A stretch of 64,000 nt of DNA from a virus: IMG/VR virus record IMGVR_UViG_3300029712_000001; one strand, written 5' to 3'. Below, one piece after another: positions 34,516-43,337 of this stretch (positions are counted from its first letter, which is position 1; every line of letters begins with the position of its first letter). The notes under the pieces are model-generated. The model saw only the letters and a list, made by a program, of their open reading frames with translations. It searched no databases and had not been told where the DNA came from. The translations under genes were made by a program, and so were the position numbers.

Positions 34516-36258
34516 TTAGTGGTTGCAACAATTACATCTACAAACTGTTCTCACGTAGCCAGAGGGAATGGCAGCCAGCTCCGTCCCTACGGCGATCGCC
34601 GGGTCAGTGCTTTCCATGACCGTCAGCGCCATCTTGTCCACGTCAAGGTCATTATCGTAAACGATTTCTCCCTCAACGTAAATGCTCCCTGCATCAGAAA
34701 CGTAGCAGTTTTTGACCTGTCTTATATGGCGCTGTGTAGCAGACGCAAAATCACACTCGATACTTAACCACCCTACCGGTATCTGATCAATATTAGATCC
34801 GATATTGTAATCAGGATCGGTTGTTTTAAGCACCATATGCCTCAATTCCCTTGTATTTCCGTATCCGTCCATTGTTATATATGTCCGGATCTGAACCTTG
34901 CCTTTTTCCGTCTTATAACAGTTTTCTACTATTTCAGTGTCGGATGTGGTAGCATCAGGGAAATCACAAACAATACGCTGCCATCCTTCTTGTATTTTGC
35001 TGAATGTGGCGCCTCTTTGTATATCAGGATCGGTCGTTTCTAAGACAATAAGATACTCGTCCCGGACACCTATTATGCTATCTACCGACCTGTATCCACC
35101 AAGATGTATTTTACCACCAGGAGTAGTATAACATTCATCTACGGACATAATATGTCTTTCCGTAAGATCAGGAAAATCGCATTCGGTTTTCGTCCATTCG
35201 TTAGGTATCTTATCTATTCTCGTCCACTGAGGATAGGCGGCGTCCGTTGTCTTAACAATATAATAATACTGTTCCCTTACACCAAGAACGGCATCAATAG
35301 CTTGATAACCTTTTATATTGACCTTACCACCATCCGTCTTGTAGCATTCGTCTACTTCAACAATTTCCCGGTCCGTCATGTCAGGAAAATCACATACCAT
35401 CCTCACCCAATCTTCGGGAATGGAATCCAGCACGGCCCCTACCTTAATATCAGGATCAGTAGACTGAAGGACGGTATAAACCTCTTCCCTGGTCCCAAGA
35501 ATATTATCTATGGCTACCAAACCTTCTACTTGCACTTTTCCTTTTTTAGTAGTGTAACATTCAAGAACGTAAGTTACGTCTCGTTCTGTCATGTCAGGAA
35601 AGTCACAAACCATTCGAACCCAATTCTCTGGAATTAGTTTAAAAACATGGCCGGCAGGGAAATTATCGTCCGTCGATTGAATAACGGTATAAATAGATTC
35701 CCTGATATTTATCTTATCATCTATGGCCTCCAATCCTTCTATTTCAACCTTACCATCCGGAGTCTTATAACATCTGTTGACGAACGTAATGTCGCGTTCT
35801 GTCATATCAGGAAGATCGCAGTCGATCATAACCCACTCGTCCGGTATTTTAGTAAGAACTTTACCTACCGGATTATCCATGTCGGTACTGTCGGTAATTC
35901 TATGGGTTTCTTTAAGAACATCCATCTGATCGTTAAGAAGATACCAACTCCATACTTCGACCTTTCCACCAGGTGTACGGTAACAGGTTTTGAAATCTTT
36001 GATAACTTTCTCAGCTATGTTAATCCACTCCCATTCGGTTGTGGCCGGAATACCAGAAACAGGATGCTTCTTACCTTCTTCGTCAAGATACCAATAACAG
36101 CCATTTAAGGACACAACCACTTGGTAGATTTTGTCCCCTATTTTTATACCGGATTTGCTGTCATCTACCGGTTGGGAGGAACCCCATTTTCCAACTATGT
36201 TGGTTATTTTATCAATGCCCCTACCTAAGGCACCGACTAAAGAATCCACGCCGTTCAT
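34516..36258 (-). CDS. tandem-repeat fibre/decoration protein (about 8 x ~65 aa)
   Basis: 580 aa. The repeat unit is CDFPDMTERD[IV]T.V.ECY.T..GKV.[IV]EG..AID.....RE..YTV.QSTDPD...G.....IPE.WVRMV. The C-terminus is CRCNCCNH. Confidence 0.55.
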   Translation of the reverse strand: MNGVDSLVGALGRGIDKITNIVGKWGSSQPVDDSKSGIKIGDKIYQVVVSLNGCYWYLDEEGKKHPVSGIPATTEWEWINIAEKVIKDFKTCYRTPGGKVEVWSWYLLNDQMDVLKETHRITDSTDMDNPVGKVLTKIPDEWVMIDCDLPDMTERDITFVNRCYKTPDGKVEIEGLEAIDDKINIRESIYTVIQSTDDNFPAGHVFKLIPENWVRMVCDFPDMTERDVTYVLECYTTKKGKVQVEGLVAIDNILGTREEVYTVLQSTDPDIKVGAVLDSIPEDWVRMVCDFPDMTDREIVEVDECYKTDGGKVNIKGYQAIDAVLGVREQYYYIVKTTDAAYPQWTRIDKIPNEWTKTECDFPDLTERHIMSVDECYTTPGGKIHLGGYRSVDSIIGVRDEYLIVLETTDPDIQRGATFSKIQEGWQRIVCDFPDATTSDTEIVENCYKTEKGKVQIRTYITMDGYGNTRELRHMVLKTTDPDYNIGSNIDQIPVGWLSIECDFASATQRHIRQVKNCYVSDAGSIYVEGEIVYDNDLDVDKMALTVMESTDPAIAVGTELAAIPSGYVRTVCRCNCCNH

Positions 36259-36289
36259 ATGAAACTAACTTATTTCAAATTATTTTATT

Positions 36290-36325
36290 ACAAAAAGGGG
36301 GTGGAGGACCAGCCTCCTCCCCCTT
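36290..36325 (-). terminator. strong intrinsic terminator
   Basis: 13-bp GC stem AAGGGGGTGGAGG/CCTCCTCCCCCTT is followed on the minus strand by TTTTTG. Confidence 0.7.
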
Positions 36326-36348
36326 GGGATATATAGAAAAAAGGAAAA

Positions 36349-38337
36349 TCAAATCTTGCAGGGCTTGATATTTGCCGAAGCAGCTAACAAGTCCATAAGG
36401 TCTTGAATACCTTCGTGAGCGCCATACGGTACATGGAAGTGTACTGTAATATGATCATCAATTACCCTACCGAAGCCGTTAGAGTAACGTGCCGGCTTCA
36501 ACGTTACTGAATAATCAGCATACGGAGCCAACAGGTCTAAGCGGGTTTCTTCGTTGGTAAACATCCGTTCCATAAGTTCTTGGTGAGTCTTACGGAAGTC
36601 GAAGAACATACGTTGTTCGCGTTCCTTATCCAGCAATTCAGCGCCGAGGTGAGTACGCGGAGCCCAGTGCTGTTTGTATTCGGTATGGATCGGGTTGAAG
36701 TACGTGCTGATAGCCTCGCGCTGTTCATCCGGATAACCACCGTTTACGGCAATACGAACAGAACCTTCTTGGAATGTCAGACGGTCAATCAAACAATCAG
36801 ACGGAGAAATCATGTAGTCAATACCACGGAACAAGATACCGCATTTGCAGTTCTTAGGAAGCGGATCGGCGATAATGGACTGATCTCCTGCTACGGCACC
36901 CAAACGTTTCCAGTTACGTCCACGATAAGATTCGGGAGCTTTAGATACGAAGAAGTCTTTGAAAATTTTATCGCATTCGTCGCAAACCATGTTAGTAACG
37001 ACCGTTGTTTTGAATTTGTGTTGACATCCACCAGGCGTACCGTAATCTTCGATTGTCAGATACGGGAATGCTGCCTGCAATTCTTCTTTAGCACTGTTAC
37101 CACATTCATCATCCGGCAACGTGATTTCATAAGCTTCTTTCGAAATCTTACAAGAACCACATGCTTCCCAACTAACGGTAGTAACAGTAGGATTGCTACA
37201 CATATCTGCTGTTTTAGCAACGAACGTTACTGTGGCAGTCGGATTGGTTTCTACAAATGCATCGATATCAGCCTTCGTCAGTTTCTTGCTTACGGCCACA
37301 GTGTACATACCTACTCCGCCATCTTGGGCTGCTGTTTTCTCGGCAGTGCTACTAACGGCATTCTTAATGCTTTCTACTACAGTAGACTGATCAACGCCAT
37401 CATCCTCTAACGTTACGGCATAAATCAAACCGCCGTCTACCTTAGTATATCCTTCAGGGCACTCTTCGCAGCCTTTCATTATAGAAGACAGCTTTTGAGT
37501 ATAATCAGCAGGCTTACCACCTTCTTTCATCACCTGATATTTGGAAGTAGAAAGATGACGTCCAACTCTCTTAATATCCAAACCAGGATAAGCAGCCTTA
37601 AGCTGAGCCAGGGCATAAGCATCACCGGTATCACACATTTCCATACAATAGAAATTCATGTCGGTTTCCACCGGAGTTTTTTTCAACTCGTCACAAGAAT
37701 GGATAGGATGGATTTCTACAAAATCACCTACCTTTCCACCACCTGCAATCGGCTGATTCTTGATACGTTCGATTGTTTTCAAGATAGCAGCCAAAATATC
37801 AACATCTTCGCAAGGATCACATTCTGAACACATATCCTCACGACCAGGACAATTTTCGAAAATGATGTAATCATCGATATTCACCTCACCCATCGGATAA
37901 CCACGAAGCTCAAACAAACGTCCTGTCAGCTTAATATGGATAGGAATACGATCGCCTTTTCTTGCTGTAATAGCGGTACTGTCGTCAATTCCGTTATAAC
38001 CGAAAATAACTTCATCTACTTTAATTTCTTTACTCTTCGGAGCAGAAGCATACACTTCTATAATTTCATCAATAGCAAACGTAGGTGTAGAGAATGATTT
38101 ATCATCAGATACACGGTCGTTCACCATCTCATTACGTCCGATTCTGATCTGGAAACGTTGTTCGTCCTTACGATATCCTTTCAAGTCTTTCAACGCTTTC
38201 AAACCATCTTTAGTCTGCTCACCATCCAAATCATAGATAGCGATCTGACCTTCTTGAAGCAACAAAGAATCTACGTCCGCCAACTTAGCGTGCGGAGGAC
38301 AGATAATGTGTCTGTCATACGGTTTATGGATAGCCAT
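36349..38337 (-). CDS. abundant virion structural protein (function unresolved; second capsid/auxiliary candidate)
   Basis: 662 aa. GC content and codon choice are visibly shifted relative to neighbours. The gene is its own unit, with a terminator and a TATTTTTG box (38380-38387) upstream and a strong terminator downstream. Confidence 0.45.
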   Translation of the reverse strand: MAIHKPYDRHIICPPHAKLADVDSLLLQEGQIAIYDLDGEQTKDGLKALKDLKGYRKDEQRFQIRIGRNEMVNDRVSDDKSFSTPTFAIDEIIEVYASAPKSKEIKVDEVIFGYNGIDDSTAITARKGDRIPIHIKLTGRLFELRGYPMGEVNIDDYIIFENCPGREDMCSECDPCEDVDILAAILKTIERIKNQPIAGGGKVGDFVEIHPIHSCDELKKTPVETDMNFYCMEMCDTGDAYALAQLKAAYPGLDIKRVGRHLSTSKYQVMKEGGKPADYTQKLSSIMKGCEECPEGYTKVDGGLIYAVTLEDDGVDQSTVVESIKNAVSSTAEKTAAQDGGVGMYTVAVSKKLTKADIDAFVETNPTATVTFVAKTADMCSNPTVTTVSWEACGSCKISKEAYEITLPDDECGNSAKEELQAAFPYLTIEDYGTPGGCQHKFKTTVVTNMVCDECDKIFKDFFVSKAPESYRGRNWKRLGAVAGDQSIIADPLPKNCKCGILFRGIDYMISPSDCLIDRLTFQEGSVRIAVNGGYPDEQREAISTYFNPIHTEYKQHWAPRTHLGAELLDKEREQRMFFDFRKTHQELMERMFTNEETRLDLLAPYADYSVTLKPARYSNGFGRVIDDHITVHFHVPYGAHEGIQDLMDLLAASANIKPCKI

Positions 38338-38407
38338 AGCCTTATAATATTTTAAAAATTAATATTCTGTTATCTGTTTCAAAAATAGTGATAGTCATAT
38401 AAGCAAC

Positions 38408-38445
38408 AAAAAGCATTATGAATTAATTAATTCTTAATGCTTTTT
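38408..38445. terminator. bidirectional hairpin terminator
   Basis: 11-bp stem AAAAAGCATTA/TAATGCTTTTT flanked by A and T runs. Confidence 0.55.
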
Positions 38446-38479
38446 GATAATCTTTAATTTAGGATATGCCTTTCTTCTG

Positions 38480-39154
38480 CTACAAAGGAGATTGGACGTT
38501 GTTTGAATCTATTTGATAACGTCCGTATTCGCTTTCATTCAAAGCAAATTGTTTTTCAATCATGTTAAGGATAATACCAATTAATTTATCATCTAATTCA
38601 GAATCTATATCAGTTGAATTAGAACCATCGGATTTAATATATCCTTCGATGTCAACTTCCTTCGGATAGCGGTAATACGTAAGGTAAACGGTGTCTACAT
38701 CAAAACCAGACTTATACACCCTTACCGAATCTTCGCCTATTGTATAGAATGTTTCCCTAAAATCAAAATCAGGTTTGTTAAAAAAGTCGGCAAGAAGCTC
38801 ATGCGGGTTTTCATTCTTAGCCTCCCACATGGTAAAATCAGTGACCGTGCATTCACCTTTGGTAAATACGCCTGATATGTTTGAAAAAGAAAAGAAATCA
38901 GAAGGCAATGAAAACAAAGTGCTTTCCGGATTATCTTTATCTCCTCTCTCATCAAGTTCTTTCGAATACACAACCAACTTTTGGATATAACGTATATCCT
39001 CTTCATTTTTCTTATCAAGGATATAACGAACAAGGCGGTTTTGCTCGTCATTAAAAAGCTGAACAAAACGTGCCTTGTCAAGTTTTATACCACCGTTGGT
39101 CATGTTTTCTTCAGCCTTCTGTAAGGCCCGGAGATAACAATCAACGATTCTCAT
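38480..39154 (-). CDS. head-tail joining-region protein (hypothetical)
   Basis: 224 aa with ATG start. It occupies the second position after the capsid gene. Confidence 0.35.
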   Translation of the reverse strand: MRIVDCYLRALQKAEENMTNGGIKLDKARFVQLFNDEQNRLVRYILDKKNEEDIRYIQKLVVYSKELDERGDKDNPESTLFSLPSDFFSFSNISGVFTKGECTVTDFTMWEAKNENPHELLADFFNKPDFDFRETFYTIGEDSVRVYKSGFDVDTVYLTYYRYPKEVDIEGYIKSDGSNSTDIDSELDDKLIGIILNMIEKQFALNESEYGRYQIDSNNVQSPL

Positions 39155-39157
39155 AAA

Positions 39158-40246
39158 TTATTTTTTTTTATCAGCGTATTGATCAACATCAAAACCTTTT
39201 TCGTCTTCCTTTTTCTTCTTGTCAGACTTAGCGCCTTCTATTTTTTTATGCTTGTTCTTTAAAGCATTATACGCTTCCAGAACACGAGACTTGGTTTCTA
39301 ACATAGACTTATTGGAAGCAAGAGCCATAGATGCAGAGATGGCGTCGGCGCCCAGGAGCTCGCCATTCAGATACAGTCCGTCGGTGTTGACGGTGACAGC
39401 CAGGCCCTCAATCATTTCCTTGATCATACGATGGAATTTAATCACCTGCATCCCTTCGGAAGATTCGTCGTCAGATAAGAACCTTGAGCTTGCTTCTTTA
39501 TACATGTCAACGTTCGTATTCTTGGCGTCAATCCAATTAGTGAATATGTATTGAACCATGCTCTGATCAAGCTCTACGCTGTATATGATGTCAAGATACA
39601 AAAGCAGATCGTAGATGCTTTTCCTTTCAGCCTCAGATCCTTTCAACTTGTTCATGAACTCGTATAAAATATCAGCCTTGTCAATCTGACGTTGTTTCCT
39701 GATATCTACGGCCGTAGTCTTGTCTTCTACACAATAATAAGATTCGACATACATCGGATTACCATCTTCCTCTTTAGGAGTAAGAGACTTGGACAAAATA
39801 GCTATATACAACTCAAATAAATCACGAACGTCATTAGTGTAGAACAAACGACCATCATACAAGTCAATTCTGTAAGAATCCCAGAAATCGAAATTCTTTT
39901 GGTCCAGGTCCTCATTGACAGTTTCTTCAAACGGATACCGAATATTCTTAATACGCATATCCATTTCATTCTTCTTGTCTTCAAGTGAGTAACCTTTATA
40001 ACATGCTGAATTGATGAAGAAACCGGTATCATACACCCTAAGATCCTTATCCCATCCACAACAAGATACTGTCTTGTTCCCAGGGAAAGGAGTCTTGGAA
40101 ATGCCTCTTTCCTGATATCCGGAAGGAGCTTCTTCATCCATCTTACCTGTTATAACATAAATAGAGTCGGAATATATCTTCATTCCTCCTACGGTAGCCA
40201 GCAGTTTCTTAGACTCATGGCTTTCTTCAAAAATCTTTTTTCCCAT
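39158..40246 (-). CDS. virion-module protein (hypothetical)
   Basis: 362 aa with a Lys-rich C-terminal tail, directly downstream of the capsid gene's terminator. Confidence 0.4.
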   Translation of the reverse strand: MGKKIFEESHESKKLLATVGGMKIYSDSIYVITGKMDEEAPSGYQERGISKTPFPGNKTVSCCGWDKDLRVYDTGFFINSACYKGYSLEDKKNEMDMRIKNIRYPFEETVNEDLDQKNFDFWDSYRIDLYDGRLFYTNDVRDLFELYIAILSKSLTPKEEDGNPMYVESYYCVEDKTTAVDIRKQRQIDKADILYEFMNKLKGSEAERKSIYDLLLYLDIIYSVELDQSMVQYIFTNWIDAKNTNVDMYKEASSRFLSDDESSEGMQVIKFHRMIKEMIEGLAVTVNTDGLYLNGELLGADAISASMALASNKSMLETKSRVLEAYNALKNKHKKIEGAKSDKKKKEDEKGFDVDQYADKKK

Positions 40247-40262
40247 CTTTTATATATCCTAT

Positions 40263-40301
40263 GAAAACAAAATTTGCGGCCGGTTTTAAAGCCGACCGCA
40301 A
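40263..40301 (-). terminator. intrinsic terminator after capsid gene
   Basis: Stem TTGCGGCCGG/CCGACCGCAA is followed on the minus strand by ATTTTGTTTT. Confidence 0.65.
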
Positions 40302-40321
40302 GTTAATATTAAAAGTTATGA

Positions 40322-42022
40322 TCACAAAGAACTTGGTAACAATTCAATTGTTACGAACCGGCTGGTATCTTTTACCCAACAAGCCGATACAGAGTGGCAC
40401 CAGAATTGTTCTGACATACGAGGATGGCTGGATACAATTTCTTGAGCCGATACTCTGGATGACCATCTACCTTGTTCGTAACCCCACCACATAGAACCGA
40501 TATCAGGCTTAACGTAGAATACGTTGCTGTTGATATTACCAATACGAGCTTCGGCTGAAGCAGGGATGCCGGCGAATGCATTGGAATATTCAGGAGCGGT
40601 CAAGTCTTCCATAATACATGAATATGATGTGATAGGAGTCATACCGTCTACCAACTGGCTTCTATCTACCATATCAACGTAATCCAAAGAAGGTTCGTGT
40701 TCTACAATAACCTTACCAATACCCGGAATAGTAACACCCTTGATCTTTACAGTTCCTAATTCAAGAGCATCGTTTGATCCTGTTACCGGGTTATTGATGA
40801 TACGTTCTGTACCCATAAGCGGAGCCAAAGCACCTAATTGAGAGAAGAACTCATCACGGAAGATTTCAACGATGTTCTTATAAGCCATAGCACCTACCTT
40901 GAATTTCATTACACGATTTTCAATCGGCATATCGCTACGACCACGGAAAATATAGTCAGCAGCAGCCAGGAAGTGTTCACGCTTGATACCGCCCGGACGT
41001 GCATATGAGATAACGAAACCACGGCGAAGTTGATGGTACAAACCTTCGTTTTTCATCAAAACACCATTATGACCCTTGACTCTACCTCCACGCATGAACA
41101 TAAGTTCGTATGCTTCCATCTTAGCCAACTCAGCCAAGCAGAACAAAGACACTGTGTTGGCTACACGTGCTGTACGCATATCAATGCTTCCGTCACCAAG
41201 ACGAGAACCGATGATAGCATAACTTGCATCACCTCCTCTGATTTCAGAAAGCTGACGAACTTTCTGGTAAGCTTTGTCGATGAAATTCTGTGTACGTTCG
41301 TCCGCATAAGCCAAAGACTTAATACCAGCGTACATAGTCGTTTCACCTTCAACACCACGGTGTCCACCAAGCGTAAATTCACAAGTCATAGAACCAGCCT
41401 TAGAAGCACCTCCTACACCAGAGAACTGAGTAGAGAACTCACCAAGAACGTTTGTTACCTTCCAGTATTTAATACCGGCGCGAAGCATGTCTTTCGGGAA
41501 GTATTTAGCACGAGAACGGCCCCACAGCTTACACCAGTATCTCCAGTTTTCACCTTCTTGTTTCGGAGGACGCTCTGTAGAGATAAGAGCCTGGCAACCG
41601 TTAATCACATCGTAAGTAATAACATCTCCTTGTTTAAATTGTGCATTCAACACAATTTCGAAGAAGCTTTCATCAATACCAGGTTTTGCATATTTCAAAG
41701 ACGTGTCTTCTACTGTAACCACCTCATACGTTTCTGATACTGGAAGATCATAACGGAATGAACCATTGATACCATTTACGGTAATAGTAGCATCCTGTTT
41801 GATCATACCCATATACATAGGCAGAGGATAGTTTGTAATGTTAGAAAACAACTCAAGCATACCCAGATGGTTCTTATCCGGATCTTCGTAGTACCAATCT
41901 TCTAAAGAGCTAAGATCGTGTTCTACGATACTTTGCTTAACGACTTTAGCGTCGGTATATCCAATCACCGTGTCACCATTCATGGTGGCCGGGAAATTTT
42001 TTGTTAAAAGTACATTAGCCAT
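40322..42022 (-). CDS. putative major capsid protein
   Basis: 566 aa. It holds the canonical position (terminase, portal, acidic scaffold-like protein, this gene), shows expression-type codon bias and has a dedicated terminator. The fold was not verified. Confidence 0.55.
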   Translation of the reverse strand: MANVLLTKNFPATMNGDTVIGYTDAKVVKQSIVEHDLSSLEDWYYEDPDKNHLGMLELFSNITNYPLPMYMGMIKQDATITVNGINGSFRYDLPVSETYEVVTVEDTSLKYAKPGIDESFFEIVLNAQFKQGDVITYDVINGCQALISTERPPKQEGENWRYWCKLWGRSRAKYFPKDMLRAGIKYWKVTNVLGEFSTQFSGVGGASKAGSMTCEFTLGGHRGVEGETTMYAGIKSLAYADERTQNFIDKAYQKVRQLSEIRGGDASYAIIGSRLGDGSIDMRTARVANTVSLFCLAELAKMEAYELMFMRGGRVKGHNGVLMKNEGLYHQLRRGFVISYARPGGIKREHFLAAADYIFRGRSDMPIENRVMKFKVGAMAYKNIVEIFRDEFFSQLGALAPLMGTERIINNPVTGSNDALELGTVKIKGVTIPGIGKVIVEHEPSLDYVDMVDRSQLVDGMTPITSYSCIMEDLTAPEYSNAFAGIPASAEARIGNINSNVFYVKPDIGSMWWGYEQGRWSSRVSAQEIVSSHPRMSEQFWCHSVSACWVKDTSRFVTIELLPSSL

Positions 42023-42044
42023 GAACGAAAAAATGTTTTAATTT

Positions 42045-43211
42045 TTAATCTATACTGATTTCATCGAACTTCACACCTTGAACTTGATCACCTTTATCAT
42101 CTACCGGAGCCACCCTCTTGTCTTTATTTGTATGGCTGATGAGCTTATAAATTTTCTTTTTCTCATCAACTACAGCTTGATTCGACTTCTGTTTTATGAA
42201 CTCTCCTGGGTTCATAAGAAACATAATCAAATCTGGCGCTTCTTCCGGATTCATCATCATCTCCCTTACCCTATTAAATGCTTTGGTAATTCCGGGATTC
42301 GATTCAGAAGGTTTTAGAGCAAAATCAAGAGCTTTAGATACCATAGTGTCATTTAGCTGATACTTTGCCTGGATAGAAGACTTAAGGTCTTTCTTATACC
42401 TTCTAAAATCTTCTGCATCCTTCGCCTTCTTGTCGGCAGCCTCTTTAGTACGTTGCTGGATAATATCATCCATTCTCTTATCAAGCTCAGCCTTATACTT
42501 TATAGCCTTTGCTTCAACATACTCTTCTCCTTTATTGATAATGCCTTTGAAAAATTCATCAGCTTCATCTTTAGGCAACCCAAGAAGATCAACATAATGG
42601 CGAACGATCTTTATCTGATCTGCTTTGTTTTCAATGTCAAGCTTTTCTATCGGAGCGACATTCGTATCATATTGCTTAAGAATATCAACGATATTCGCGC
42701 CGGCCTTATCAGCCTGGATAAGCTTCTTAGTAATATCAGAAACAGAGGTAACATCTATCTTATCCTTAACAATGTCCTCTTTCTGGCTTTCAAGGACTGT
42801 AGATAGTATGTCACACAACGAATCTTCTTTACTAAAATCAAGATCATTGATAGTAATCTCTTCGCCGTTTTCACCGCTAAACACCACATCTTTCAAATCG
42901 GGAATGACTCCCCTTGAAGAAAGGGCATCCAATACTTTTCTGTAATTGACAACCGGGGTCTCTACCTGATCCTGATTAACATCAACTACATTCTCCTCTC
43001 CTTTTTTATCCTCTTTAGGATCAGGAGTAGGGTCAACAACCGGCTCTTCTTTAATTTGAGAACCTTCTTCTGCAGGCTTCTCATCTTTTTTAGCCGGTTC
43101 ATTACCATTAATAGGCAGAATATCTTCTTCCCTATTATAAACATCATCAACCGGACCGATACTAAAAATATCGTCCAATTCTACTATTCCATTTTTTTCT
43201 AATTTTCCCAT
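42045..43211 (-). CDS. acidic/Lys-rich scaffold-like protein
   Basis: 388 aa with a low-complexity acidic N-terminal third (PAKKDEKPAEEGSQIKEEPVVDPTPDPKEDKKGEE). It lies between the portal and capsid genes. Confidence 0.35.
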   Translation of the reverse strand: MGKLEKNGIVELDDIFSIGPVDDVYNREEDILPINGNEPAKKDEKPAEEGSQIKEEPVVDPTPDPKEDKKGEENVVDVNQDQVETPVVNYRKVLDALSSRGVIPDLKDVVFSGENGEEITINDLDFSKEDSLCDILSTVLESQKEDIVKDKIDVTSVSDITKKLIQADKAGANIVDILKQYDTNVAPIEKLDIENKADQIKIVRHYVDLLGLPKDEADEFFKGIINKGEEYVEAKAIKYKAELDKRMDDIIQQRTKEAADKKAKDAEDFRRYKKDLKSSIQAKYQLNDTMVSKALDFALKPSESNPGITKAFNRVREMMMNPEEAPDLIMFLMNPGEFIKQKSNQAVVDEKKKIYKLISHTNKDKRVAPVDDKGDQVQGVKFDEISID

Positions 43212-43281
43212 ACTGCAAAAATATTTAAATACCTATATTTCAGACAAAAAACTTATAAGTGTTTAATCTTCACTAAAAATT

Positions 43282-43332
43282 AAATATCCCCAAATTTTAT
43301 TAGAGATTTTCTAATGAAATTTGGGGATATTT
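43282..43332 (-). terminator. hairpin (16-bp perfect stem) after portal gene
   Basis: Arms AAATATCCCCAAATTT/AAATTTGGGGATATTT, followed on the minus strand by AATTTTTAG. Confidence 0.55.
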
Positions 43333-43337
43333 AATCC

